64,000 nucleotides of DNA from positions 736,001-800,000 of the forward strand of contig CAWCNS010000007.1 of NCBI GenBank assembly GCA_963796965.1. Direction: 5' to 3'. Position numbers and translations under genes: made by a program. Under the pieces are notes generated by a model, which was given only the letters and a program-made list of their open reading frames with translations, was not told the DNA's origin and searched no databases. How positions within the stretch are numbered: the stretch's first letter is position 1; the number at the start of each line of letters is the position of its first letter. This document shows, piece after piece, positions 8,303-20,470 of the stretch. This DNA comes from Calditrichia bacterium. GTDB taxonomy: Bacteria > Calditrichota > Calditrichia > JAJRVZ01.

Positions 8303-11170
8303 TTATTTTATGGTAAACTGATACTTTCCCGATCCCAAAGTTACTATCACACAATCTTCAGAATTATCTAACGCTTGAATTTCAATCGAATCAGGTACAG
8401 TTTTCCCCCCTTCATAAACGGTCTGACTTCCAACTACAGGTAGTTCCACCCTTGCTGTTGAATTGACCGGAATTTCGATATTAATTTTTACGGTCCCCTC
8501 ACTCTTCTTCCATTGCGAAGAAATTAATCCATAAGGAGAATCAAAAGTTGCCCCAGCTGATTCAATACCATCTATGATCCGCGGGGCAATCAGAATTTCT
8601 TTATAGGCGATTGAATTCTCCGTCTGGGAGATACCCCCAAGTCCGGCATAGAACCATTCCATTAAATGACCCAGCATCAGATGGTTATTGGAGACGTTTT
8701 CCAGAGCTGCCCAGGATTCGGTAAGTGCTGTCGCTCCCTTTTTCAATTGATAGCCATAACCGGGAACGTCATCTCGGGTATTCATCTCATACAAAAGTTC
8801 ATCGGCCCCCATCTCATATAATGCCCTGACAAGAAAGTGAAATCCTACATCACCGGCAGTTAAAGCTTTTCCGCTATTATGTATAGATTCTATGAGGGTC
8901 TTCTCAACTTGCTGCTCGACTTCCATTGGTACAAGATTTAGCACAAGGGGCATGGCAATAGCAGTTTGACTTCCGGTTGAATAGACGAAGGTTTCAGGAT
9001 TCAGGAATTTAATGTTGAAGGCAATTTTAATGTCTTCCGCCCAATTCGAATAAGACGATGCTTCTCTCTCTTTACCTAGTATGTTTGCCATTCTAGAAAG
9101 TATAAAGACATCATAATAATAAATGGCTGTCGCCGTTAACGCTTTTGGCGTCAATTGTGCCGGACCGGGATGCTTTGGACCCAGGTCATACCAATCTCCC
9201 AGACCATGGGAAAGAATATGCTCATCTGCTTTATCCTTAAGATATTTAACATAACGGGTCATCATATCCCAGGCCTTCTCCATTGGCTTGGGATCCCCAT
9301 ACCATTTATAGATCAGCCAGGGCAGAATAACGGCCGCGCTTCCCCATTCCGGAGAATCCCTGAATCCACCGCGAAACTCCGTATATTCCGGCGCAATATC
9401 CGGTACCAATCCCTCTTCTGTCTGGGCAATAATCATATCATCGATTTGTTTTTTATAAAGATGATAAAGATCATAATTATAATGAATACCCTCACCCATG
9501 AGATAGGTTTGTTCCAGCCACCCCAATTTCTCCCGATGGGGACAATCGGTCACAACGCTCTGAAAATTACTTTTGATGGCCCATTTAATTAGATGGTTAA
9601 TTTGATTAAAAAGATCATAGGATGTGTTGAAAGTCCCCTGTTCTGGCGCGCTGTTTCGGGTATGAAGAAGCTTTAAGGAATTAATTCTGGGCAAATCTGA
9701 TTTTTCATTTACTGACTCCGGAACGGCACCCTCAACCTGTACATAGCGGAATCCATAATAGGTAAATTTTGGCCGCCATCTCTCGACATCCTCACCTTTT
9801 AGAATATAGGTAAAGTAAAAAGGTTTACCGCTTGCCCTTTGTTCAGCCTCCCGGTTTGTGTTGATCAATTCAGCAGGGATTAATTTCACCGTATCCCCTT
9901 TACTACCCTGCACTTCTAATTCAATGATACCGGAGGCATTTTGGCCAAAATCATAAAGAAATGAATTTGCATCGCCACTGATCTGGTAGATAGATTTTAC
10001 TTCAATATTCTCCATAATCTTCAGCGGATAATCAGTTTCAGGTACTAACTTTTTATAAGGAGAATCTACTACCAAGACATTTTTCCAGCCGGATTCGTCA
10101 AAATCTGGTGCATCCCATCCATTCTCCTCGAGCCGGGCATCATACGTCTCCCCGGCAAAAATACTTGAATAGGTTATGGGGCCAGGGGATGTCTTCCACA
10201 TTTCATCACTGATCACCGTTTCACTGCTTCCATCTTCATAGATTAATTGTAACTTAACTATCATTTTGGGATTACCGTATGCAGTGATAAGTTTGCGGTA
10301 ACCGTTGTTGGGAATGATGTAAAATCCATTACCGAGCATCACACCAAGGGCATTCTTACCGGAGATAACTTCATTCGTAATATCATAGGTATTATAGAAA
10401 CAATAATCATCATAATCTGTCCATCCGGGAGAGAGGAAATGATCGCCTACTTTATACCCGTTTAGATGAAGTTCGTAATGTCCAAGACCGGATATAAATA
10501 GCAGGGCCTGTTTGAGATCCTTCTTTGTCTGAAATTCCTTCCTGAATATGGGCAGAATGTGATTACCGATGTCCCTGTCATTCCATTTTTTATTCCCCGC
10601 CGGGCCATGAATGCCGGGGACAACCCTGTTTTTCGCTTCAAGTTCATCATAGGCAATCCATTTAGCCCCTCCCCAGGCCTGATGATCAAACAATCCGGTA
10701 GTAAATTTGGCCGGATCACTCCAGGGTGACTCATTTCCATAATTATCCCACACTTTTACCTTAAATTGATAAGTGGTACCAGATTTTAAAGCCGGTCCGT
10801 CATATGTAACAAGAATGCTTTCTTGGCTTTTTTTTAAACCTGAATCCCAGATCAGGTTTTTTTCTCCAGAGAGATACTTCTTCTCTTCTGCAAGGCAAAT
10901 ACGGTAAGCCTGTTGTAAAACATTTTTGTTGGTTGAAGATATTTTCCAATTGAAATGAAAATCACTTATGGGTGTGCCCAGAGATTCCTGTTTATTTTCA
11001 CAATATATTGTTTCGATCTTCAAAGTATCATGATTGCAGGCCAGGATTTGGAGAGACATTATGAGCAATAAGACAAACAGGCTTAGGAATTTTCGCATGA
11101 TTATTTTCCAATGTTTGTGGTAATTATGATGATCTAAAATATTAAGAGACCTGGCTATTAAACACAACAT
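8303..11170 (-). CDS. Alpha-L-rhamnosidase, GH78 (probable start MRKFL at 11098)
   Basis: DFGQN, FTYYGFRYVQV, TDCPHREKLGW, GDW, GATALTESW and NHLMLG motifs; lipoprotein-like signal ILAC. Confidence 0.93.
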   Translation of the reverse strand: MLCLIARSLNILDHHNYHKHWKIIMRKFLSLFVLLLIMSLQILACNHDTLKIETIYCENKQESLGTPISDFHFNWKISSTNKNVLQQAYRICLAEEKKYLSGEKNLIWDSGLKKSQESILVTYDGPALKSGTTYQFKVKVWDNYGNESPWSDPAKFTTGLFDHQAWGGAKWIAYDELEAKNRVVPGIHGPAGNKKWNDRDIGNHILPIFRKEFQTKKDLKQALLFISGLGHYELHLNGYKVGDHFLSPGWTDYDDYCFYNTYDITNEVISGKNALGVMLGNGFYIIPNNGYRKLITAYGNPKMIVKLQLIYEDGSSETVISDEMWKTSPGPITYSSIFAGETYDARLEENGWDAPDFDESGWKNVLVVDSPYKKLVPETDYPLKIMENIEVKSIYQISGDANSFLYDFGQNASGIIELEVQGSKGDTVKLIPAELINTNREAEQRASGKPFYFTYILKGEDVERWRPKFTYYGFRYVQVEGAVPESVNEKSDLPRINSLKLLHTRNSAPEQGTFNTSYDLFNQINHLIKWAIKSNFQSVVTDCPHREKLGWLEQTYLMGEGIHYNYDLYHLYKKQIDDMIIAQTEEGLVPDIAPEYTEFRGGFRDSPEWGSAAVILPWLIYKWYGDPKPMEKAWDMMTRYVKYLKDKADEHILSHGLGDWYDLGPKHPGPAQLTPKALTATAIYYYDVFILSRMANILGKEREASSYSNWAEDIKIAFNIKFLNPETFVYSTGSQTAIAMPLVLNLVPMEVEQQVEKTLIESIHNSGKALTAGDVGFHFLVRALYEMGADELLYEMNTRDDVPGYGYQLKKGATALTESWAALENVSNNHLMLGHLMEWFYAGLGGISQTENSIAYKEILIAPRIIDGIESAGATFDSPYGLISSQWKKSEGTVKINIEIPVNSTARVELPVVGSQTVYEGGKTVPDSIEIQALDNSEDCVIVTLGSGKYQFTIK

Positions 11171-11359
11171 CTAAATATTTTTTTCTGCCCTATTAATAGC
11201 AATAGACCAGATAAAATCTGCCGAATAGAAGAAATTATTCTATAGCGGTTGAAATAATGTAAATGGTTGATTATATATTGAATATCCTTAGTGATCCAGA
11301 GACTCCATGTGCTCTGTGGCTATTTTTTTAACAACTTTGTAGAAAAAGAGGAATTACTC

Positions 11360-12592
11360 ATGAAGCCTATTTCAAATAAAAAGGATGCTTCTGCTATAAA
11401 CCGGCGAAAATTTATCGCAAAAGCCAGTCTGGCTGCAGCCACGTTCACTATTTTGAAACCTTCTCTTATTCGAGGGTCAATTCAAAACTCAAAATTGGAG
11501 GTTGGCGTTATTGGACAAGGTGGACGTGGGTCACTCATCAGTAAAAAGCTGGCAGCGCACACAAACTATGCCTTAGTTGCCGTTGCCGACTATTTCGATA
11601 CGGTGGCTCAGGAAAAAGGTGCGGAGTTTAATGTTTCTAAGGAAAGGCGCTACACATCGCTATCCGGCTACAAGCAATTAATAGATAGCAGTCTGGATGC
11701 CATTTTCTGCGAGACACCACCCTATTGCTTCCCGGATCATGTTTCCTATGCCATTGAGGCAGGCCGGCATGTTTATCTTGCCAAACCCGTCGCCTGCGAT
11801 GTGCCGGGATGCCTGAAGATACGTGATGCTGCGAAAAAGGCTGAATCAAAAAAATTGACATTCCTGGTGGACTTTCAAATGCCCACAGATCCCTTTATAA
11901 AGGAAGTCGTGAAACGCATCCACAATGGTGATGTCGGAAGAATGGGAATGCTGATCACAAACTGTGGCAGTAATGGTTTTTCCGATCCACCCAAAACAGA
12001 CAATATAGAGAATCGTTTACAAAAACTAATCTGGGTAAATGACACCGAACTTGGTTGTGGCCTTCTTGGCAACTTTGACATTCATGCTCTTGATGTGGCA
12101 TTCTGGATTGCAGGAGAACCTCCTTTGAGTGCTGTGGGATCCTCCCGATTGGTGAGAGAAAATCCTCATGGTGATTCTCATGACGTATATTCCGTCACCT
12201 ATCGTTTTAAAAACGGCCTGATACTAAACCATCATAGTGAGCATCTGCGAAACGTGATGAGTTCTACCTTAGATTGTTACATACAAGGTACAGAAGGATA
12301 TGCGGAGACGCGGTATTGGGGTAAAACCTGGCTCAGAAGCAATATACGACCCTACCCGGGCGGCAAGGTTGAGAATCTTTATGACGAGGGAATCAATAGA
12401 AATCTCGACCGCTTTTTCCATGAAGTGGTTAGTGGTGACTATTCAAATACAACGGTCATACCAAGTGTTAATTCAACATTGGCGAGCATCATGGGAAGAG
12501 ACGCCGCTGAGGCAAACGGTGAGTTAACCTGGGATAAAATGCTCACTACGAAACGTGTTCGGGAAGTCAATCTGGAAGGATTAAAACGATGA
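11360..12592 (+). CDS. Tat-exported Gfo/Idh/MocA family oxidoreductase
   Basis: RRKFI Tat motif, GQGGRG, ETPP..FPDH, HVYLAKPVA and IHALD. Start chosen at ATG 11360 after an AGAGGA RBS (ORF track starts at 11291). Confidence 0.9.
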   Translation: MKPISNKKDASAINRRKFIAKASLAAATFTILKPSLIRGSIQNSKLEVGVIGQGGRGSLISKKLAAHTNYALVAVADYFDTVAQEKGAEFNVSKERRYTSLSGYKQLIDSSLDAIFCETPPYCFPDHVSYAIEAGRHVYLAKPVACDVPGCLKIRDAAKKAESKKLTFLVDFQMPTDPFIKEVVKRIHNGDVGRMGMLITNCGSNGFSDPPKTDNIENRLQKLIWVNDTELGCGLLGNFDIHALDVAFWIAGEPPLSAVGSSRLVRENPHGDSHDVYSVTYRFKNGLILNHHSEHLRNVMSSTLDCYIQGTEGYAETRYWGKTWLRSNIRPYPGGKVENLYDEGINRNLDRFFHEVVSGDYSNTTVIPSVNSTLASIMGRDAAEANGELTWDKMLTTKRVREVNLEGLKR

Positions 12593-13460
12593 AATTCCGA
12601 ATTATTAGCCTTTTGATCATATTTATATTCTTTGCCTGCCAACAAGATAAAAACGGTGAAGACATAAATATTTTCTTTGCCATGGACACCGGAACCGGCA
12701 GCGGATCACATGAAGAAAAAGCGGATATGCTTAAAGAACTTGGCTATGCCGGAACTGATTTCAGCGCCTTGTCATCATTTGGTCGATCGCTGGCACAACT
12801 GCCTGCCTATCTCGAGGCGCTGGATGCAAAAGAGCTGCAATTATTTGCAGTATATATAACGGTTAATATTGATGGAGAATTGGACTGCCCAGCAGATATT
12901 CAGGAAGCCATCACTGTTCTGAACGGTCGAAATACACTACTCTGGTTAGCCATTTCAAGTAAAAAGTTCAAACCGGGTTCAGAGGATGGTGACAAGGCAG
13001 CTGTCTCCATAATTAGCAATATCACGAGAGTCGCTTCCAAACATAACCTGCGCATTGCCCTTTATCCGCACACAAATTTTTACGCGGAACGCGTCGAAGA
13101 CAACTTGAGATTGGTGAAGTTGTCGACTTACCGAATGTCGGTCTGACTTTCAATTTATGTCACTGGCTAAAATGCGAAAATGGGGAAAACCTTGATCGGA
13201 TATTGAAAAATACGATGCCCTATTTAATAATGGCGACCATCAGTGGTGCGGATTTTGAGCCAGGTGAGAATTATGGCTGGGACCGTCTTATTCAACCGCT
13301 GGACGCTGGTAATTATAGCGTACTCGAATTTGTTAGACAACTTAGAACTCATGGTTATAGGGGACCTATTGGACTTCAGGGCTATGGCATCAAGGGTGAT
13401 CCAAAAACCATACTTGCCCGCTCTATGAAGAGGTGGAGGTCGTTTAAGTCAAAATTATAA
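12589..13460 (+). CDS. Sugar phosphate isomerase/epimerase (xylose isomerase-like TIM barrel) lipoprotein, frameshift near 13130
   Basis: ORFs 12589..13146 and 13203..13460 join across the shift (ALYPH...NVGLTFNLCHWLK...LIQPLDAG...GYRGPIGLQ); lipobox FFAC. Confidence 0.82.
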
Positions 13461-13528
13461 AACTTTTAATCATATCATCATAAATCTTATTAAACCAGAT
13501 TTTTTTAGACCTAAAATGGAGTATTGAA

Positions 13529-14284
13529 ATGATATTAAAAACCAAATTAAGATTGCTGGCGCTTTCAATTCTTGCCATCGTTATTTCATGTCAGGCGCAG
13601 GAAACGGACATCACCTGGAATATCCACGATACTGATCGCCCACAACCAGCTAAAATCACACCGTTACCAATACCATCTGATGCAGTTATTCTATTCTCGG
13701 GCAGGGACCTTTCCCTTTGGCAAAAGGGTGACAACAATGAATCGCTCAACTGGCAAATCGAAGATGATTATTTTTTGAACCCTACCGGTAAAGGTGATAT
13801 TCAGACAAAACAAGCCTTTGGCAGTTGTCAGTTACATGTTGAATGGGCAACACCTGAATTCAATCCAGCCAGTCATGTCTATGATCGTGGAAACAGCGGC
13901 ATTTATTTTATGCAAACTTATGAATTACAAATATTTGATTCATATCCGGAAGCCAATATATATGCTGATGGTATGGCGGCTTCAATTTACGGCCAATATC
14001 CACCTTTGGTTAATCCCAGTTTGCCCCCACTCCAATGGCAAACCTTTGATATCGTTTTTATTAGACCCGTATTCGATAAACAGGGGAATCTGAAAAGTCC
14101 GGCCATCCTGACGGTTTTCCAGAATGGTGTTTTAGTTCACCATAATCAGGCATTAACCGGACCAACTGCTCATAAAGATCGACCGGCATATAAAGCACAT
14201 GCTGACAAATTGCCCCTTATTATCCAGGGTCATGGCAATCCTGTGCGGTTTCGTAATATCTGGATTCGGGAATTGGAGTTATGA
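13529..14284 (+). CDS. DUF1080 / 3-keto-disaccharide hydrolase family lipoprotein
   Basis: LFSGRDL, QLHVEW, GNSGIY, YELQIFDS, WQTFDIVF and QGHGNPVRFRNIWIREL motifs. Confidence 0.92.
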   Translation: MILKTKLRLLALSILAIVISCQAQETDITWNIHDTDRPQPAKITPLPIPSDAVILFSGRDLSLWQKGDNNESLNWQIEDDYFLNPTGKGDIQTKQAFGSCQLHVEWATPEFNPASHVYDRGNSGIYFMQTYELQIFDSYPEANIYADGMAASIYGQYPPLVNPSLPPLQWQTFDIVFIRPVFDKQGNLKSPAILTVFQNGVLVHHNQALTGPTAHKDRPAYKAHADKLPLIIQGHGNPVRFRNIWIRELEL

Positions 14285-14340
14285 GGAAAAAAGTTGTTTT
14301 TATATTATTCGAGACTTGAATACTAAGAAATTGTGATTAG

Positions 14341-14409
14341 GAGCAAAGCGCAGAGAGCATAGAACAATGTTAACTCGCAAAATTTAAGATCTGCTCTATG
14401 CGCTATGTC
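14341..14409. repeat. Inverted heptamer-like repeat (AGCA(A/T)AG) between convergent genes
   Basis: gagcaaagcgcagagagcatag ... tgctctatgcgctatg; a related element lies at ~39280-39340. Confidence 0.55.
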
Positions 14410-14425
14410 CCTTTTTAATGGATTA

Positions 14426-15772
14426 TTAGACTTTTGGCTCCCAGCCCGGTTCATAATCACGGCTCCAGAGTTTCATTGCCTCCCTGTCATACATTTGGCC
14501 AGTCGTATCATCTATATCAAAGCCTTTTCCTATACGATAGGCAATGTTTGAATAATGCACCATCGCCATTGTTATAACGCCTTCGCTGAGAGGTGCTGTT
14601 AATTTAGCTTTACCCCGGATGGCATTAAAGAAATTTTCGACATGGGCAGTCGACATGCTTCCCCCTCCGCCAAGTGCAGTGCCTGCTTCTTGTGATTCCG
14701 ATTGGCTCTTTCTTACAACTTTTCCTGAGCGATCAAATAACTTATACTCATTTCGGTTTACAAATACACTTCCTTCAGTACCATAGATCACCGTTCCACG
14801 GTCTGCACCATAGGTAAAATATTTGTTTCGACTTTTTCCATCCCATTTAATTATTTTATTGCCAACGAATTTAAATCTTGCCTCCATTGTGTCATACATC
14901 TCCCAACCATCGTTAACAAAATGCCTTTTTTGACCATCCACATCAACACGGATTGGAGAACCTACTTGAAGTGCCCAGCGAGCGACATCAAATTCATGTG
15001 TTCCGTTGTTCCCCGTTTCAGCAGTACCATAAGCCCATCCATACCAATGCCAATTGTAATCCCATGTTTCTTCTGTATACTCACGGCGAGGTGCTGGTCC
15101 CTGAAAAAGATCCCAATCTAAATCCTCATACACCGGGGCTTTTTTCTGAACAGGAACTTCACCTCTGTCATTTGAATACCAGGCAACTGCCTCATAGGGT
15201 ATCCCAATTACGCCAGTATGTATATCTTTAATAATTTCGATTGTATGATCAGATGAACGTTGTTGGGTTCCTATCTGAATAACTTTTTTGTGTTTTTTCT
15301 GGGCATCAACGATCAACTCATTTTCATACATGTTATGGCTCAATGGTTTTTCCAGATAGACATGTTTACCTCCTGCAAGTGCCATTGCTGCGCCGGGAGT
15401 ATGCCAATGGTCGGGTGTGGCATTAAAAATCACATCAACTCTAGGATCTGCAATAACTTTACGCAGATCAGTTTCCTGTTTTGGATTATAGTCAATAAAA
15501 TTAGTATACTTTTTAGCAGCAGAATCCATTTGGCTTTTCTTAACATCGCAGAAATAAAGTAATTGAGCATTATTTTCTTTTTTGCCAATAGCCTCACCAT
15601 AGGCTTTTACCCGACGGCCACATCCGACTATGCCAACATTCAAACGGTCGTTAGCGCCAATTATTCTGCCATAACTACGTTTTGACATTCCCATTACTGA
15701 ACTTCCAACAGCTATACCAGCTGCACTTGCGGTTACCTTTTTAAGAAACTCTCTTCGATTTGTATTTATCAC
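14426..15772 (-). CDS. Tat-exported Gfo/Idh/MocA family oxidoreductase
   Basis: RREFLK Tat motif; ATPDHWH, HVYLEKP and QIGTQQRS. Paralog of 4550..5893. Confidence 0.93.
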   Translation of the reverse strand: MINTNRREFLKKVTASAAGIAVGSSVMGMSKRSYGRIIGANDRLNVGIVGCGRRVKAYGEAIGKKENNAQLLYFCDVKKSQMDSAAKKYTNFIDYNPKQETDLRKVIADPRVDVIFNATPDHWHTPGAAMALAGGKHVYLEKPLSHNMYENELIVDAQKKHKKVIQIGTQQRSSDHTIEIIKDIHTGVIGIPYEAVAWYSNDRGEVPVQKKAPVYEDLDWDLFQGPAPRREYTEETWDYNWHWYGWAYGTAETGNNGTHEFDVARWALQVGSPIRVDVDGQKRHFVNDGWEMYDTMEARFKFVGNKIIKWDGKSRNKYFTYGADRGTVIYGTEGSVFVNRNEYKLFDRSGKVVRKSQSESQEAGTALGGGGSMSTAHVENFFNAIRGKAKLTAPLSEGVITMAMVHYSNIAYRIGKGFDIDDTTGQMYDREAMKLWSRDYEPGWEPKV

Positions 15773-16120
15773 AATATACCTCCTCTAAATTATCTATTCG
15801 CCAGAAAAATATGTAAATGATGATTATGCATTTCGTATTTCGTCCAAAGTTTTTCCTTTCTACACTACCTATGAGAATAATTGCCTTTATGAGATAAAGT
15901 ACCTATAGCATGAATCTTAAATTTTAGTCATATAACCTGGAATTACTTTTTCAACTGTGCTCAAATCAGCACCAATGCCTGATTCTGGTTGGTTATCCTT
16001 TTCCCTGTTTTTTGTAAACAAGATAATATTTTCCATAGCTTTTAATATTTTTTTGAGACGCGATATGCGTGATATCATTACTTTTGACAATTCATGGATT
16101 GTTCAGTTAATACTACGTTT

Positions 16121-17602
16121 CTACTTTTCTTGGGGGGTCAATTCATCCAAGGATAGTGTTTTCTCATATAAAATCTCATTGTCCTCTTTAACCAACCTAA
16201 ATGTTACTTCTGGCATGCTTTTGGAGGTGTTAAAAGTAAACTCACCAAAAGCAAATACTCCAACAATCCCATAGAGCTCGGCATCCCACTTTCCGATTGA
16301 ATTAGATACTGCAGATCTTGATCCCAAACTGGCTGCTTCGAATTCGTAAAACTCAAAGCCCGATTCTCTCGGAATCGTAAATCCTCGGGCACCATGTCTG
16401 TCTCCCGAGATTAATAAAACACCTGAAATATTGTTGCCCTCTATAAATTGAAACAGCTCTTCACGGCCTTCCGGATCGTTGACACCCCACGAGTCTTTTC
16501 CATCTGAGACATAATCACTCCACATAGTTCCGCAGGAAATCACAATAAAAGGACCTTTGCAATCAAGTAGTTGTTTTTTTAGCCAATTCATTTGCTGATC
16601 ACCAAGAAAGGAGCCCTCTTCACCGGTTCGAAAATAGCGGTTATCCGTCATAATTATATCGCATGGGCCTATTCTTGCCCTGGTAAATATTCCCTTACCT
16701 TCTTTTTGAATTCCATAGAAAGGATTCGCCCATGAGTTACAAAAAACTTTTCTCACCTTCTGTCTATCCTCATTCGTAAATCCTTCCGGAATCCCGGCAT
16801 CATCATTGTTAAAATAATCATGGTCATCCCAGGAAGCATATACGGGTACCTGACACACAAAATTTTTCCAGGCAACTTCAAAATCTCTAAGCATATAATC
16901 AGCCCTGTGCAGGCCTATATGGCCTTCCCTGTCCTGTACGGCAATATCACCAAATAACAACATGGCAGCGGGATTTCTGGATATAATCGTATTAAACAAC
17001 TGCTCCCGACCGAGCCCCCATCGATGCGGACAGGACCCAAATGCTATTCTTATTTCAGAGGTGTCAGAGTCAACGGGTAAGGTTCGAAATGAATAGGACG
17101 TGTTTGTAACCTCGACAGTGTCATCAAGGATCAATTTATAATCATAAGAAGTTGAAGGGTTCAAATCCTCAATTTTTATAATTGCCGTAAGGTCAGATTC
17201 AAAACGACTGTTCACCGCGACAGACCTAATTTTATTCGTCCCATTAATTGCTTCCACTTCAATCTTTGCTGGTTTTAAAGATCGCACCCAAACGGAAACA
17301 CCATTCGCTGAAATATCACCCAGGAGTGGTCCCCCAAGAATATTCACCTGATACTTCTCACAAAGATTTAAAAATTCTGGATTTGAAACCAGATCTTCAA
17401 AATTTTTATCTTTATCAGCGGACAGAATTTTATAAGCCGTTTCATATAGCATTAACTCGTCTGGCGTGTTTTTATCCCAATATTTCAGAATATCTATATT
17501 TTTAGTTTCTCTGTTCATGGGATGTGTTTTAGTACCGAAAGTCTGAGCGTACGCATAAGTCGTTATCAGAAACAGAAGAAGTAATACTATTTTAACTTTC
17601 AT
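16121..17602 (-). CDS. phoD: Alkaline phosphatase D family protein
   Basis: AFGSC, FGD, WDDHDY, DNRYFR, LGDQQMNWL, DSW and SGDRH metallophosphatase motifs. Confidence 0.88.
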   Translation of the reverse strand: MKVKIVLLLLFLITTYAYAQTFGTKTHPMNRETKNIDILKYWDKNTPDELMLYETAYKILSADKDKNFEDLVSNPEFLNLCEKYQVNILGGPLLGDISANGVSVWVRSLKPAKIEVEAINGTNKIRSVAVNSRFESDLTAIIKIEDLNPSTSYDYKLILDDTVEVTNTSYSFRTLPVDSDTSEIRIAFGSCPHRWGLGREQLFNTIISRNPAAMLLFGDIAVQDREGHIGLHRADYMLRDFEVAWKNFVCQVPVYASWDDHDYFNNDDAGIPEGFTNEDRQKVRKVFCNSWANPFYGIQKEGKGIFTRARIGPCDIIMTDNRYFRTGEEGSFLGDQQMNWLKKQLLDCKGPFIVISCGTMWSDYVSDGKDSWGVNDPEGREELFQFIEGNNISGVLLISGDRHGARGFTIPRESGFEFYEFEAASLGSRSAVSNSIGKWDAELYGIVGVFAFGEFTFNTSKSMPEVTFRLVKEDNEILYEKTLSLDELTPQEK

Positions 17603-17723
17603 ATTCTCACCTATTAATAATCATTTCCATTAAGATTCTATAGGAGTGATACCTGCCATTTTTTAAAACCGGAATTCATTTTAAGTCCTTAGATGTTAAG
17701 GCTATCAATAAGACCAATTTGCT

Positions 17724-18740
17724 TCAACTTATATTCTCTTTATAGTATTCTATCTCAACTCTATCAGGAATTGTAAGTATTTTTTCAATGATGAGATCTT
17801 TCTCTTCTTTTGAAATATTGACATAATCCTTTGCAAGTTTAATTTTTTCCGCTAACAGTTCTTTGTTTTCGGCTCCTGTTATCAAAACACTTACAGGCAG
17901 TGACCAGGTAAAATACAACGCCTCTTTAACAGTGATATAATTTGGAATGGCTGGCGTATCTGTGGTCCATTTAACTTTATCCCCTTGCAGTTTATGACTA
18001 AAAAATCTTCCGTCGGCAAGGGTTTTCATCGCCAGCACAGCCAGATTATTCTCCAAGGCCATTGGAAATGCCTTCCCGATAAAACTATGATCACTGCAGA
18101 AATCAATCGCATTTAAGGGCATTTGAATAGTTGCAAACTCCCTAAGGTCCTGATTATTCTGCATCATTTGAATATGCGCCTCAGGATTTTGGTGTCCTGT
18201 AAAACCGATAAATCTTGTTTTTCCGGATTTTTTTATTTTTCTTAGGGCATCGATTACACCGTTATTTATTCTATTCTTGACATCCTCCGGATTTTTTAAG
18301 GAATGGATCTGAAGAAGATCTACCCGGTCGGTTTTTAATCGCCTGAGCGATAAATCAAATTGTTCTAAAAGTTCCTTTCCATTGCTGGCCTGGGATTTTG
18401 TCATAAGAAAAATTGAATCCCGGTACTTTGGTATCAGGTATTTACCATATCTTTCTTCACTGGCACCTTTAATGTAATTATGGGCTGTATCAAAAAACCT
18501 GATCCCCCCCTCGATTGCAGTCTCAATAACTTCCTGAGCATCTTTCTCGGTGGTCCATCCCACGTGGTATCCACCTAACCCCAACATTGTTACATTTTCT
18601 CCTGTCAGGCCAAGTTTACGCATTGGAAGCCGTTCGCCAAATTGATCATTATTGTTAGAATTAACTCGCAGGTACAATGGCAGGGTCAATCCAGCCGTAA
18701 ATCCGGCCATTTTTTTTAAAAATTTTCGTCTGTTTTCCAT
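17724..18740 (-). CDS. Tat-signal aldo/keto reductase
   Basis: RRKFLK Tat motif; LGLGG, FFDTAHNY, MTK, LLQIH, FIGFTGH and AMK motifs. Confidence 0.92.
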   Translation of the reverse strand: MENRRKFLKKMAGFTAGLTLPLYLRVNSNNNDQFGERLPMRKLGLTGENVTMLGLGGYHVGWTTEKDAQEVIETAIEGGIRFFDTAHNYIKGASEERYGKYLIPKYRDSIFLMTKSQASNGKELLEQFDLSLRRLKTDRVDLLQIHSLKNPEDVKNRINNGVIDALRKIKKSGKTRFIGFTGHQNPEAHIQMMQNNQDLREFATIQMPLNAIDFCSDHSFIGKAFPMALENNLAVLAMKTLADGRFFSHKLQGDKVKWTTDTPAIPNYITVKEALYFTWSLPVSVLITGAENKELLAEKIKLAKDYVNISKEEKDLIIEKILTIPDRVEIEYYKENIS

Positions 18741-18797
18741 AGAATTATCTCCCTACTCCTATTTTTGAACAACCAGTATTGCAGATGCAGTACCCAT

Positions 18798-19020
18798 ATC
18801 AAATACACTGTATGCATACATACCGTGTATTTGATTCTATGCATGTAGAGGTCCCAAATCCATGCCTATACGGGTATTAAATCTATGCATTGAGGGGTTC
18901 CGATATCTCTGCATATCCTACCCCTAAATCTATGCTCTCAGGACCTGTACATCTATTTCTATAGAATCCCGGCCTCTATGCATTCTCATTGTCACTATCC
19001 ATAGATACAGACATATGAAA
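18798..19020. repeat. Degenerate 23-bp periodic array (core TCTATGCAT, 8 units) preceded by a 17-bp inverted repeat
   Basis: Cores start at 18836, 18859, 18882, 18906, 18929, 18952, 18975 and 18998 (spacing 23,23,24,23,23,23,23). Hairpin atcaaatacactgtatg-cata-cataccgtgtatttgat at 18798-18835. Confidence 0.8.
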
Positions 19021-19042
19021 ATTTACCTTTAATTTTTTGAAA

Positions 19043-20470
<1,428 letters not shown>

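Noticed and set aside
15915..16040. Short minus-strand ORF (MENIILFTKNREKDNQPESG…, ~39 aa)
   Set aside because: No clear RBS or recognisable homology, so it cannot be supported.
18798..19020. Canonical CRISPR array
   Set aside because: The repeat core is only ~9 nt and degenerate, spacers are ~14 nt, and there are no cas genes. Kept as an unclassified periodic array.
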